The position numbers and the translations under genes were made by a program. The notes under the pieces are model-generated. The model did no database searches, was not told where the DNA came from, and saw nothing but the letters and a program-made list of their open reading frames with translations. Shown one piece after another: positions 37,782 through 49,058 of a stretch of DNA of 64,000 bases. Source of the DNA: Squalus acanthias (taxonomy: Eukaryota); contig CM059438.1 of NCBI GenBank assembly GCA_030390025.1, positions 64,358,001-64,422,000 of the forward strand, given 5' to 3'. Numbering within the stretch: the stretch's first letter is position 1; every line of letters begins with the position of its first letter.

Positions 37782-39548
37782 TGACTCTCGCTGGGGTACA
37801 TTTTCCATGGGAGCTGACTCTCGCTGGGGTACAGGTTCCATGGGCACTGACTCGCACTGGGGTACAGTTTCCACGGACACTGACTTTCGCTGGGGTACAG
37901 GTTCCACGGGCACTAACTCTCACTGGGGTACAGGTTCCATGGGCACTGACTCTCGCTGGGGTACAGGTCCAACGGGCACTGACTCTCACTGGGGTACAAG
38001 TTCCACGGGCACTGACTCTCACTGGGATACAGGTTGCACGGGCACTGACTCTCACTGGGGTACAGGTTCCATGGACACTGACTCTCTCTGGGGTACAGGT
38101 TCCACGGGCACTGACTCTCCCTGGGGTACAAGTTCCACGGGCACTGACTCTCACTAGGGTACAGGTTCCATGGACACTGACTCTCTCTGGGGTACAGGTT
38201 GCACAGGCACTGACTCTCACTGGGGTACAGGTTCCATGGGCATTGACTCTCACTGGGGTAAAGGTTCCACGGACACTGACTCTCGTTGGGGTACAGTTTC
38301 CATGGGCACTGACTCTCACTGGGGTACAGGTTGCACGGGCACTGACTCTCACTGGGGTACAAGTTCCACGGGCACTGACTCTCACTGGGTTACAGATTGC
38401 ATGGGCACTGACCCTCACTGGGTTACAGATTGCATGGGCACTGACTCTCACTGGGTTACAGATTGCATGGGCACTGACTCTCGCTGGGGCACAGGTTGCA
38501 TGGGCACTGACTCTCACTGGGTTACAGATTGCATGGGCACTGACTCTCGCTGGGGTACAAGTTCCACGGGCACTGACTCTCTCTGGGGTACAGGTTGCAT
38601 GGGCACTGACTCTCACTAGGGTACAGGTTCCATGGACACTGACTCTCTCTGGGGTACAGGTTGCACGGGCACTGACTCTCACTGGGGTACAGGTTCCATG
38701 GGCATTGACTCTCACTGGGTTACAGATTGCATGGGCACTGACTCTCACTGGGGTACAAGTTCCACGGGCACTGACTCTCACTGGGTTACAGATTGCATGG
38801 GCACTGACTCTCGCTGGGGTACAAGTTCCACGGGCACTGACTCTCTCTGGGGTACAGGTTGCATGGGCACTGACTCTCACTGGGGCACAGGTTCTACGGG
38901 CACTGACTCTCACTGGGTTACAGGTTCCATGGGCACTGACTCTCACTGGGGCACAGGTTACATGGACACTGACTCTCACTGGGTTACAGATTGCATGGGC
39001 ACTGACTCTCCCTGGGGCACAGGATCCACGGGCACTGACTCTCACTGGGTTACAGGTTCCACGGGCACTGACTCTCACTGGGGCACAGGTTCCACGGGCA
39101 CTGACTCTCCCTGGGGTACAGGTTCCACGGGCACTGACTCTCACTGGGGTACAAGTTCCATGGGCACTGACTCTCACTGGGTTACAGGTTGCATGGGCAC
39201 TGACTATCACTGGGGTACAGGTTGCATGGACACTGACTCTCACTGGGGCACAGGTTGCATGGGCACTGACTCTCACTGGGGTACAGGTTGCATGGGCACT
39301 GACTCTCACTGGGGCACAGGTTGCATGGACACTGACTCTCACTGGGGTACAGGTTGCATGGGCACTGACTCTCACTGGGGCACAGGTTGCATGGGCACTG
39401 ACTCTCACTGGGGCACAGGTTGCATGGGCACTGACTCTCACTGGGGTACAGGTTACATGGGCACTGACTCTCACTGGGGCACAGGTTCAACGGGCACTGA
39501 TTCTCACTGGGGCACAGGTTCCACGGGCACTGACTCTCACCAGGGTAC
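37782..39548. repeat. 33-bp minisatellite, right array (about 53 units)
   Basis: Consensus ctgactctcactggggtacaggtt(c/g)ca(t/c)gggca. Confidence 0.95.
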
Positions 39549-40109
39549 GGTTTACATTGAAGTCAGTGGAAATAAAAATTGGGAGAGATGTAAGACGGGC
39601 TGCCAAGTCGCCATCATCCGTTTTGCACAAAGACAAAATCTAGCCCACTATGTTGGTGAGTTTTCAGGCAATTCCAGTTCATTGAATAGGCTGCTTTTTT
39701 TAGGGCAGGTTAATTACATTCTGGTACAGATAAATCAAATAATAAATTGATCAGTGGCACAATATCATTGCAACAAAAAATGGTGCATTTTAGACCGTAA
39801 TGGATTATTTATTGGATTCTTTCTTTCAAGATGCATTATTGTGGTGACTTTAATTGTGTTTTTGAGAGGTTTTTTTTAAATTGCCTCTACCCTCTTTCCT
39901 AATTTTCTAACCTCCTCTCCTCGGAGCTGCTCCCACTCCCTCGCCATAATTTCTCCAGAAATGCAGCAGAAAGTCAGTTTTCCACTGCAGTTCCGATGAA
40001 GTTATGGTGATGGAATGAGAGCAGCTCTTAGGAAATTCCCGGCCACTGTCTCTTGCTGGACTATTGTCCCGCAGGCACTTGCTTCCCGCCATTACCTCAC
40101 ACACGTGTC

Positions 40110-40485
40110 CATTCATCAAGATTTGATCGAGGCGTTCAAAATCATGAAGGATTTTGATAAGAGTAAATAAGGAGAAACTGTTTCCAGTGGCAGAAGGTTC
40201 AGTAACCGGAGGACACAGGTTTAAGGTAATTGTCAAAAGAACTAGAAGAGACATAAGGAAAAAAAAAATACGATCTGGAATGCACTGCCTGAAAGGATGG
40301 TGGATGCAGATTCAATAGTAACTTTCTAAAGGGAATTGGATACATACTTGAAAAGGAAAGATTTGCTGGGCTATGGGGAAAGTGCAGGGGATTGGAACTA
40401 ACTGGATAGCTCTTGCAAAGAGCCGACACAGGCACAATGGGCTGAATGACCTCCTTCTGTGCTGCATCATTCTTTGATTCTGTGG
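40110..40485 (+). mobile_element. CR1 3' fragment
   Basis: gatttgatcgaggcgttcaaaatcatgaagg...tggaatgcactgcctgaaagg...gggctgaatgacctccttctgtgctg. Confidence 0.8.
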
Positions 40486-41688
40486 TTCCATGTGTGAGTC
40501 CAGTGAGTGTTAACAGGCTGTTAAAAGGGAGACGGGCATCCCAACCAAACCTGATTGTGTCGTCACCAAATACCCACAAATATTTTCTACCAGAAGCGGG
40601 AATCCTGGCTGATGTGTCTTCCTAGCTTAGGAATGCTGAGCACAATGGTTGCACCTCCACTACGACCTCATCTGATAGCAATCAAATTTGGGACCTGCCG
40701 GACTCAATTCCACACTGGGCAGGTCTCCTTCAACTTAGCTTAGACCTTGTGAGCTTTGAGTTCATTCCTTCAAACTGCATCAGTAGATTTGGATGATGCA
40801 CTGAGACATTGTTATCTCTACCCCAGAACTGCAAGGGTCCATCCTATCTCGCAGCTGAACCGTATGCAGCAACATTTCAAACGAATCAAAGGAACGAGGA
40901 GACAGCAGGGAGGCGGTGATGTTACTTTACAAGCTCAGCCTCAGAAAAATTAATGACCATTCCCGGCAGATGTGTTCTGTAAGTAGGAGTGTTAATGACC
41001 AACAGGTGAAATCCAAAGGGCCGACCTACCCTTTTGATGTGACTGATCTGAAGTAACATTTGCATATTATTTGTGTATTGCTTTTTTTCAGTCAAACTGT
41101 TCCTTTCAATTTGTCCTCAAACATTTACAGCTTCATGCACAGATAGTTGAAGTAGTCACTCCACAGTCCACAGTCCATGGCCAATGTTCCTTCAAATCCC
41201 CACAGAGCACCTGGGAGTAGGACATTAGCCTCCTATCACAAGGTTCACAGGGAAGTAGGTGTACTGCAAAAAACATTTCTAATATAATGGAGCTCGGAGG
41301 TCACAGCGGAATTCTGTTGTGGTTGTGATATGCACAGTGGTGACAAGTGAGAAGTCAGCTGTTATTCTGTGAACTGCACTATTAACATTCAACTCGCAGC
41401 TCTCACATCACTACAAAGTCAGTTAATGATCATCTTGGAAGAAACATTCATGGCCAGCTCCATCAGGGGAGCGGGGGAATTGGCAGGGGCACGTGATCGT
41501 GTGGAGGATATTTCCATTGAAGATTCATCTTTACACAGTGATAAATATCATCTGAAATTATATCATAGATTGATAAGGAACTGATTTGTTCTGCGTCCCA
41601 ACAGCTTCCTTTCTTTAATTTTAATTTGACATGTATATGTTGTTACAGCTCATATTTTAAAATAGCGATAAGGTGGTGCTGCATGGTA

Positions 41689-42365
41689 GGGCTGGATTTT
41701 CATTGACCCGTGGAGGCGGGTTTGGAGGCGTGTGGGGGGTTAAAATTGCAAAAACTGGCGGGCGGGCACAAGTCTGCCTCCATCCCGCCTCCACGCAATT
41801 TTCATTAAATCGTGTCTGCTGGTTCCGACTCCATCCCGAGACGGGATAGGCTGTCAAGGCTCTTAACAAGCACTAAATTGTCTCTGTAATGCCATTTTGA
41901 AAGGCCTTTGTGATTTTAACCCTTGTTCTCCGTGAAGCACGCCTGTTCTGAAACACGATTGTGAAACCTGGCGGGAGCACATTTGGATAGCTGACTATCA
42001 GTGGCTGGGCTGACTATCAGTGACTGGGGCTGGCAGGCATCTGGGATGGAGGAGACATATCTGGGAGTGGTGGTGCAAAAAAAATTCTCTCTCTCTCTCT
42101 CTCTCTCTCTCATATTTTGCATCCAGGTCCTCTCACAGCAAAGGCCAGGCAGTCTCTGACCTTCAATGCAGCAGCAATGATGACATCATCAGAGGCGACT
42201 TTCAGACTGAAAACACTAATTGGTTCATGGGTTCCCACATGCTGGAACTCAATTGCCCAATTAGGTGAAAATTGCATCAATCTCCCACATCCAATTGCAG
42301 TCGGGTGGATAACACGAAAAGCAGATGACACGACCCCAACCCGCCCCAGTATCAAAATCCAGCCC
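41689..42365 (+). mobile_element. Harbinger MITE family A, copy 1
   Basis: TIRs gggctggatttt / aaaatccagccc; TSD gta; internal (CT)n. Confidence 0.9.
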
Positions 42366-42854
42366 GTATTGTTTTAATATTTTATCAAATTTATTGCACA
42401 CAAGAACTGTTTGTATTAAAATATTTGCTTTGGTTTACAGTTATGGAAATTAATGGAATCTAGAGGCACAGAAACAAGCCTTTCGATCCGCACCAGTGCT
42501 TTGAACCATCTAGTCACTTCCAATACCCTTTAATATTCCACCTAGTCGGAAGTATCATCTTTCGGATGTAATGTTAAACCAAGGCCCTGTCCGCCCTCTC
42601 AGGTGAACATAAAAGATCTCATGGCACTATTTTGAAGAAGAGCAGGCGAGTTCTCTCCGATGTCCTGGCCAATGTTTATCCCTCAACCAACATCACTAAA
42701 ACAGATTATCGGGTCATTATCACATTGCTGTTTGTGGGAGCTTGTGGTGGCAAATTGGCTACCGTGTTTCCTATGTCACAACAGTGACTACGCTACAAAA
42801 GTATTTCATTGGCTGTAAAGCGCTTTGGCACATCCTGAGGTCATGAAAGACATT

Positions 42855-43598
42855 GGCCCAGAAATTGATCCCGCGACGCGAGAGTACGCAGTGCGTACTC
42901 TCGCGTATTCCCACTCCAATTGCCGGTTTTCTGCATGCCCTGCGCATGCGCTGAAAACCGGCAATTGCTCTTTTGAAAAGGGGGCGGTTCCTCGGTGCAT
43001 CGCGTGCGCGCTACAGGCTGCGCGCACGCTGTGCACTTCATGCTTTGGACGCGCAGGTAAGTACTGAAGATTTTAGAAATGCAAAAAGGAGGAGTAAGAC
43101 CCACTTTTAAGAAGGTAAGTAGTGAATTAAGTATTTTTTTGAATTTTTTTTAACAGGTATATCTTTTTTAGAGACTTTAAAGACAGGTAAGTTTATTTTT
43201 ATAACTTTTTAAAAGATTTTAAATTTTTTCAAAAATTTAATTTTTTATTTAAAATGGTTAATTTAATTAACTATACTTAATTTATTAATGTGAAGGGTTT
43301 TTTTTTAAATTTAATTGAGGTTTAGCTGTTATTTTGGGGGGGTGTAAGATTCATAGATTTCACAGCACTTATGTGAAACTTATGAATGGAAGATGGTGTG
43401 CTGCCATTGGCTCTAACTGAGTCACGTGATCCCACAGCTCGCACGAATTCACTACGCCGCTGGGATACGCAAGCACTGCCCAGCTGATCTCTAGAACATC
43501 AAGTTCGTGCGAGCTGGATCTGAAAAAGCACAAGCGAGGTGAGAGATCGCGGGAAAGCCTTACCCCCGCGGGAACAGAGCGAGATCAATTTCTGGGCC
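42855..43598. mobile_element. Harbinger-type MITE with an AT-rich centre
   Basis: Perfect 16-bp TIR ggcccagaaattgatc / gatcaatttctgggcc; TSD att. Confidence 0.9.
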
Positions 43599-43619
43599 AT
43601 TATAGAAATGCAAGTCTAT

Positions 43620-44330
43620 GGGTTGGATTTTGTCTTGGGGTCGAGTTGGGGTCGTGTCCTCCGCATTTCGTGTTCCCCCCCCCGACTCCAGATTAATGTG
43701 GATGAATGATGCAATTTTCACTTAATTGGGCAATTGAGTTCCAGCATGTGGGAACCCATGAACTAATTAGTGGTTTCAGTCTGAAAGTCGCCTCTGATGA
43801 TGTCATCATTGCTGACTGTCAGAGACTGCCTGGCTGTTGGTGAGAGAGGACCTGTCTGGCTTTTGCTGGATGCAAAATGGAGAGAGAGAGAGAGAGAGAG
43901 AGAATGAATTTTTTTTTTGCATCCAAGTCCTCTCACAGCAGCATCAGAGGAGACTTTCATGCCTAATACTACCTTCATCACATCTCCGTTGTAATAGTGG
44001 ACCTGCAGCTGATAGTCAGCTATCCACTTGTGCTCCCACCAGGTTTCACTGGAGTGTTTCACACCAGGCGTACTTCACGTCGGAAAAGGGTTAAACTAGC
44101 TAAAACGTTTCAAAATGGCATTACAGAGCCAATTTAGAGCTTGTTAAGGGCTTTAATGGCCTCTCCCGCCTCTTGGAGGCGGGACGGAGTCGGGAACCCC
44201 GCGACTGATTTTGTCAAAATTGCGTGGAGGCGGGATGGAGTCGGGATGGGGTCGGGACCCCCGACCCCTGCAAATTTAACCCCCCACACGCCTCCAAACC
44301 CGACTCCATGGGTCATTCAAAATCCAGCCC
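43620..44330 (-). mobile_element. Harbinger MITE family A, copy 2 (inverted)
   Basis: TIRs gggttggatttt / aaaatccagccc; TSD tat; reverse complement of 58969-59720. Confidence 0.9.
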
Positions 44331-44544
44331 TATCTTTTCTTTCTTTTTATTCTAATTCCACACTTCTGCTCACTCCACATACTGTTTAATATTCCGCCTA
44401 GTCTAAGCCTGCTTGTGCCCCACACACTTTAATAGTTATTTTATAACAATTAATTCCTTTTAAAATAATGTATGGACTCTGCTTGAACATTTTTTTTTGT
44501 TATATTTGAGGGAAAACATCTTTTCCCAGTGTTCTTTCCCAGAT

Positions 44545-44648
44545 GACAACAGTGACTACACTTCAAAAGTACTTCATTGGCTGTAAAGCGCTTTGAGACA
44601 TCCAGTGGTCATGAAAGGCGCTATATAAATGCAAGTCTTTCTTTCTTT
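44545..44648 (+). mobile_element. Deu-SINE 3' tail fragment
   Basis: acaacagtgactacacttcaaaagtacttcattggctgtaaagcgcttt...aatgcaagtctttctttcttt. Confidence 0.8.
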
Positions 44649-47586
44649 AGTGACAGGACAATTTGTAAACCACTTTATATTTGTTTATTTTCTACATGTG
44701 TGAGATGGTCGAAGAGGCAGCAGATGACCAGATGAAGCTTAAAATGGACTGGACATTTTCCCCAGCAATTTGATGTTGGCAAACAAACATGGCCTTTAAG
44801 ACATGGTTTCCAAGGCGCTGCTGTTCCAGCCCCTCCTTAATCCCTTCAATCATTTCTCTACTATTGCCAAGATAATGTTGAAATGGATTTTCCGACTGAT
44901 GAAAGACTTAGGCCAGTAGATGACCATGGTCCAATAGCAGCTCCATTGCGAATTAATTTTCAATGCAATTACATTCATGATACATGCCTGACTGTGCCTT
45001 TGAACCACAGTTGAACTCTATGCTAGACATTCTGTTCATGTTTGTTTGCCGATTTCAAATTGCTAGCGACATCCTTACATAGGTTGATAAATAATCAGTC
45101 CAAAACCTAAAAACCTGATGAAGGTTCAGTGTTCTTCTTTGTCAAAACTAGGCAGAGAATTTACCAATGTATGGATATCCTCTCCCCCATCCCCCATATG
45201 CGATGATCTGTTTTGGTTTGAAGTTGAGGGAAAACCTAATTCTTGCTTTGCAGAAGGGAAATTTTTATTTCTTTCTTCCCAGTTAGTGCTTGATGGAAAT
45301 TCTGTTGTAAATGTTTAGCTTAGTGAGTTAACTTGGATCGGCAACACTTTTAGCAACATTTGAAGTTCAGTGTCTGAAAGTGTACGGCAAGTAACATTGG
45401 GCCTAGGACTGTCAAGTTAAAGAGTGGTTGATGTGTGCGACAATAGTTTTCAGTTATTGTCACTTGTTGCACACATGGGACTATGGCAGGCCTGGTAAGA
45501 GACAGTTGTGGTTGAGCTGTCATCACTTGAATGTTTTCCTCAGGACTCCTCAGGGGGCAAAGAGACTATAAATGAAGATGACGCAAGGACCCCCACAGGA
45601 AAAGCTGTCATATCGATCAACAGAATGGCACCTTGCTTTCCTGAGGAGTTCAGTGCAAGGTCAAGATCACATAAGAGGTAATACCATGTGGCATAGGCAA
45701 TTCCCTGCTCGTAGACTTGATTCATTGGATTGGAAATTCAATCTTTAGAAAGGTTTTTTTTTTCAACCTTATCAAATATTTCTCAAGATCACATTCAGGC
45801 ATGAAACCAGTATGGTCCATTCTGTTCAAACACACAAACAAAATAAGTGTGAGCATATTTTTTCCATATGAAGCAATAATGGGGTGGGTGTATATGAATG
45901 CTAATTGTCAGTGGGTAAAGCTGGCTAACCCCAGGTTATATCACATAGTTCAGTGAGCCAGATTGAGGGATTATTAATTACTAGGCATAAATTGGGTGGT
46001 AAACCCCAAACAAGGAGTTGTGAAGAGTTAAGGAACTGTCTGGTAGCCTTGATGAACATTCTCGTCAGTGTATTAATCCCAGTATTCCTACAATTCTCCC
46101 CATCCCATTTTCTAAACATTTGCATTTTTAGCTGTTGGGGTAGAGCTCTGCCCACATCTGTATCCAAAGATCCCTCCTCTTACAGGTTAGGCTGGAGCCA
46201 AGTAATGTGAATATAGTTCTTCCTGGCTAGAATCCACTCTCAGAGTGATATTCCCTCAGAGTTTTGTTTTATTCGTTCATGGGATGTGGGCATCGCTGGC
46301 AAGGCCAGCATTTATTGCCCATCCCGAATTGCCCTTGAGAAGGTGGTGGTGAGCCTCCTTCTTGAACCACTGCAGTCCGTGTGGTGAAGGTTGTAGAATT
46401 CGCAAATTATCGCGATTTAAAAATAATGAGAAAGAGACATACAGTTTCGTAAAACGGCCTTATTTCAGCAAAATGCTGTCAGGTTTCAAAACGGACACAA
46501 GCAGCCTGTAAAATGGCCGCCATGCCTCGTGGCAGAAGGTTCTAGACTTTCAGTAGGCAGACAAGATGGCGTTTCAATAAACATTTCAGCAAGATCGGAC
46601 ATGACTCAGCATATTGAGATAAGACAAGACGAGATCGTTTTGCATTTTAACACCCAAGCAAGGAATATAAGTGCTGGAATCGGGTTTTCCATGCACAAAT
46701 GAGAGCTATTGTACTGGGCAATCAAGGGGCCCATCCAAAGACATTGATACGCAAATTCCCCACGGCTCTACGATGAGAGAGCCGTTCGCGGGTACTCACA
46801 GCAAGAATTCGGAGGCCCCCAAAACCCCTCCAGGGAGACTCCTAGCCGGTTCCACAAGGGGAGAAATATTAACGGGTACTCAGACAGTTACAAGTATCAC
46901 CGAAACCCATTAACGACAAGTACCACCCCATACAAGAAGTTTGAGCGCCAAAACATGACAAAAGATGGACATTAAGATTGGGCGGGAGATAAGGAATTAC
47001 AGTACTATAACTGTAGTGTCCAAACGTCCATCTTTCTCTTATTCCTTTGACTCGCTAGAGAACTCTTGACTCTTAGGGGTAAAAATTCAGTTGGTTGCGC
47101 CTCCCGTTAGCGCCTTAAGAGGGCGCTAATGGGGCGCAAAGCCGCTAACGCCCGAGCGCAGCGATGTTTGCGCCGCTCGGGAACTTAACTAGAGATTGTG
47201 CGGCGGCGCTAAACTTTACGGCTGCGACCACCTGCGCGCGCAGATTGTGACGTCATTCCATGGTGCAACGCCCTTGTGGCGCCCCGGAGCGGAAATTGAG
47301 TGGCGCCCCCTGCCTTACCGCCTGGCGCATCCAACGACCGGAAGACTGGAACGCTATCAATCGCTGTGGGGCTGGGGGGGGCGCTATTTAAAGGGGGCCT
47401 CTTCCTGTCTTTTTCTGTGGTGGACATTTTTGCACCACTCGTTCTGAGAGAGAGAGAGAGATTCGGAGAGAGAGAAAGAGAGACTTCTGCATTGACTCAA
47501 CGCTTTGTGAGGTAGTTTTGCCTACTGATCCTAACTTCGCTAGTACTTTAGTTGCTGTCCTTCATTACTTTGCTTGCAAAGAGACT

Positions 47587-48747
47587 ATGGGGGCTGCACT
47601 GATTGGGGGCGTCGTCCTGCTCCAGCTGAATCGGAGGATACAGAGACGCAGAGAGAGAGTGGCAATGATGGCCAGACGGAGGAGGGCCAACAGGCGTATG
47701 TACAGGAGAGCTTACCCTCCCAGGGTATATCGTGAACAGCTCTCCTACCTTCATATGTCTGAGGAGCTGTGTTTGCGAAGGCTGCGATTCAGCAAGGAGG
47801 TGGTCACTGAGCTCTGCCACCTGCTGCAGCCAGATCTGCAGCCTCAACTGAGGTCCAGGACGTCTCTGTCGGTGGCAGTGAAGGTCACAGTGGCTCTCAA
47901 CTTCTACGCTATTGGCTCATTTCAAGCTGCTGCTGGGGACCTCGCCAATATCTCCCAGTTCGCGGTGCATTGCTGCATCCGGCAGGTCACAAATGCCCTC
48001 TTTAAAAGGTGACGAGAGTTCATCTCTTTCCCCATGACCCCAGACAAGCAGCGTGACCGCGCTCTGGGCTTTGCGAGGGTAGCGGGCTTCCCCATGGTGC
48101 AGGGCGCCATTGACTGCACGCATGTGGCTTTGCGTGCTCCGCATGAGAATGCCGAGGAATTCCGGAACAGAAAGGGGTTCCATTCCTTGAATGTTCAGTT
48201 GGTCTGTGACCACAGACAGCTGATACTCGCTGTCAATGCCCACTATCCTGGCAGCTGCCACGATGCTTTTATCCTGCGCCAGACTACTGTGCCAGAACTT
48301 TTCGAGGCACCGCATCAGCCAGTTGGTTGGCTTCTCGGGGACAAGGGGTATGCATTGAGCACCTGGCTGATGACACCGCTCCGTACGCCCAACACCCCTG
48401 CTGAGCTGCGGTACAATGAGAGCCATCAAGCTACCAGGAACATAATTGAGCGCACAATCGGCGTGCTGAAGCAACGGTTCCGCTGTCTCGACCATTCTGG
48501 AGGAGCCCTGCAGTACTCGCCTGAGCGAGTATCCAACTTCGTAGTTGTGTGCTGCATGTTGCATAACATGGCAATCCTCAGGACCCAGCCAATGCCACCA
48601 GGCCTTGGAGCACCACCAGAGGAGGAGGAGGAAGAGGAGGAAGAGGACGAGGAGGATGATCATCAGCAGCACCAAGGCGGGAGGGCGGCCCACAATGGTC
48701 AAACTGCAAGGGCCGTCCGTCAACGGCTAATAGCAAGCCGCTTCTAG
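47587..48747 (+). pseudogene. Harbinger DDE transposase with a single premature TGA (48010-48012)
   Basis: ORFs 47518-48012 and 48034-48747 are in the same frame; [51 protein letters not shown] and CCMLHN are all present. Confidence 0.93.
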
Positions 48748-49058
48748 GGCCCCTGCTGTGGAAATGGCTTCTGCCATTGCTAACAACATCAATGAACCCA
48801 GCACGCAACCCCTAAGCCGGCCAAGGCACCAATAATTCGAACCACCAACCATGTATATTTTGAATACAGAAACTTATTTATTTTACAAACTCTGTGTGTG
48901 TCAATTTTCATGACAAACTCATAGAAATAAACACAAAAAAACAGTCAATAACATAACTGGTTCTCACAACCTGGAGATAATGTCCAAAACACTAAACAAA
49001 AGTTGGACCATGAACCTCGACCTTTAATAAAAAAATGACCAGCATTTTGTCACACCTC

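Larger units (their letters stand above)
31070..39646. mobile_element. Small Harbinger-type MITE (same family as 61822-61992); its two halves (31070-31107, 39549-39646) enclose the minisatellite and Harbinger 2
   Basis: Ends gggggtaattttgactttgtgc / gcacaaagacaaaatctagccc; TSD act on both sides (31067-31069, 39647-39649); halves align with the intact copy. Confidence 0.7.
42543..44345 (+). mobile_element. Deu-SINE fragment (42543-42854, 43599-43619, 44331-44345) with two MITEs inserted in its tail
   Basis: Matches 5043-5376 once both MITEs are removed. Confidence 0.8.

Noticed and set aside
31110..39548. CRISPR-like array
   Set aside because: Head-to-tail repeats without unique spacers, no cas genes, eukaryotic context.
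31065..39750. Long ORFs (355, 571, 466, 372 aa) with 11-aa repeats
   Set aside because: They come from a 33-bp tandem repeat lacking stops in several frames on both strands; there is no gene context.
47917..48723. 268-aa antisense ORF
   Set aside because: Shadow of the transposase frame; similar shadow ORFs occur opposite the CR1 ORFs.
47587..48747. Host HARBI1 gene (likewise 16131-17337 and 36076-37307)
   Set aside because: All three lie within transposon contexts with a Myb partner (TIR/TSD-bounded for elements 2 and 3) and are disrupted; they are transposon copies, not the domesticated gene.
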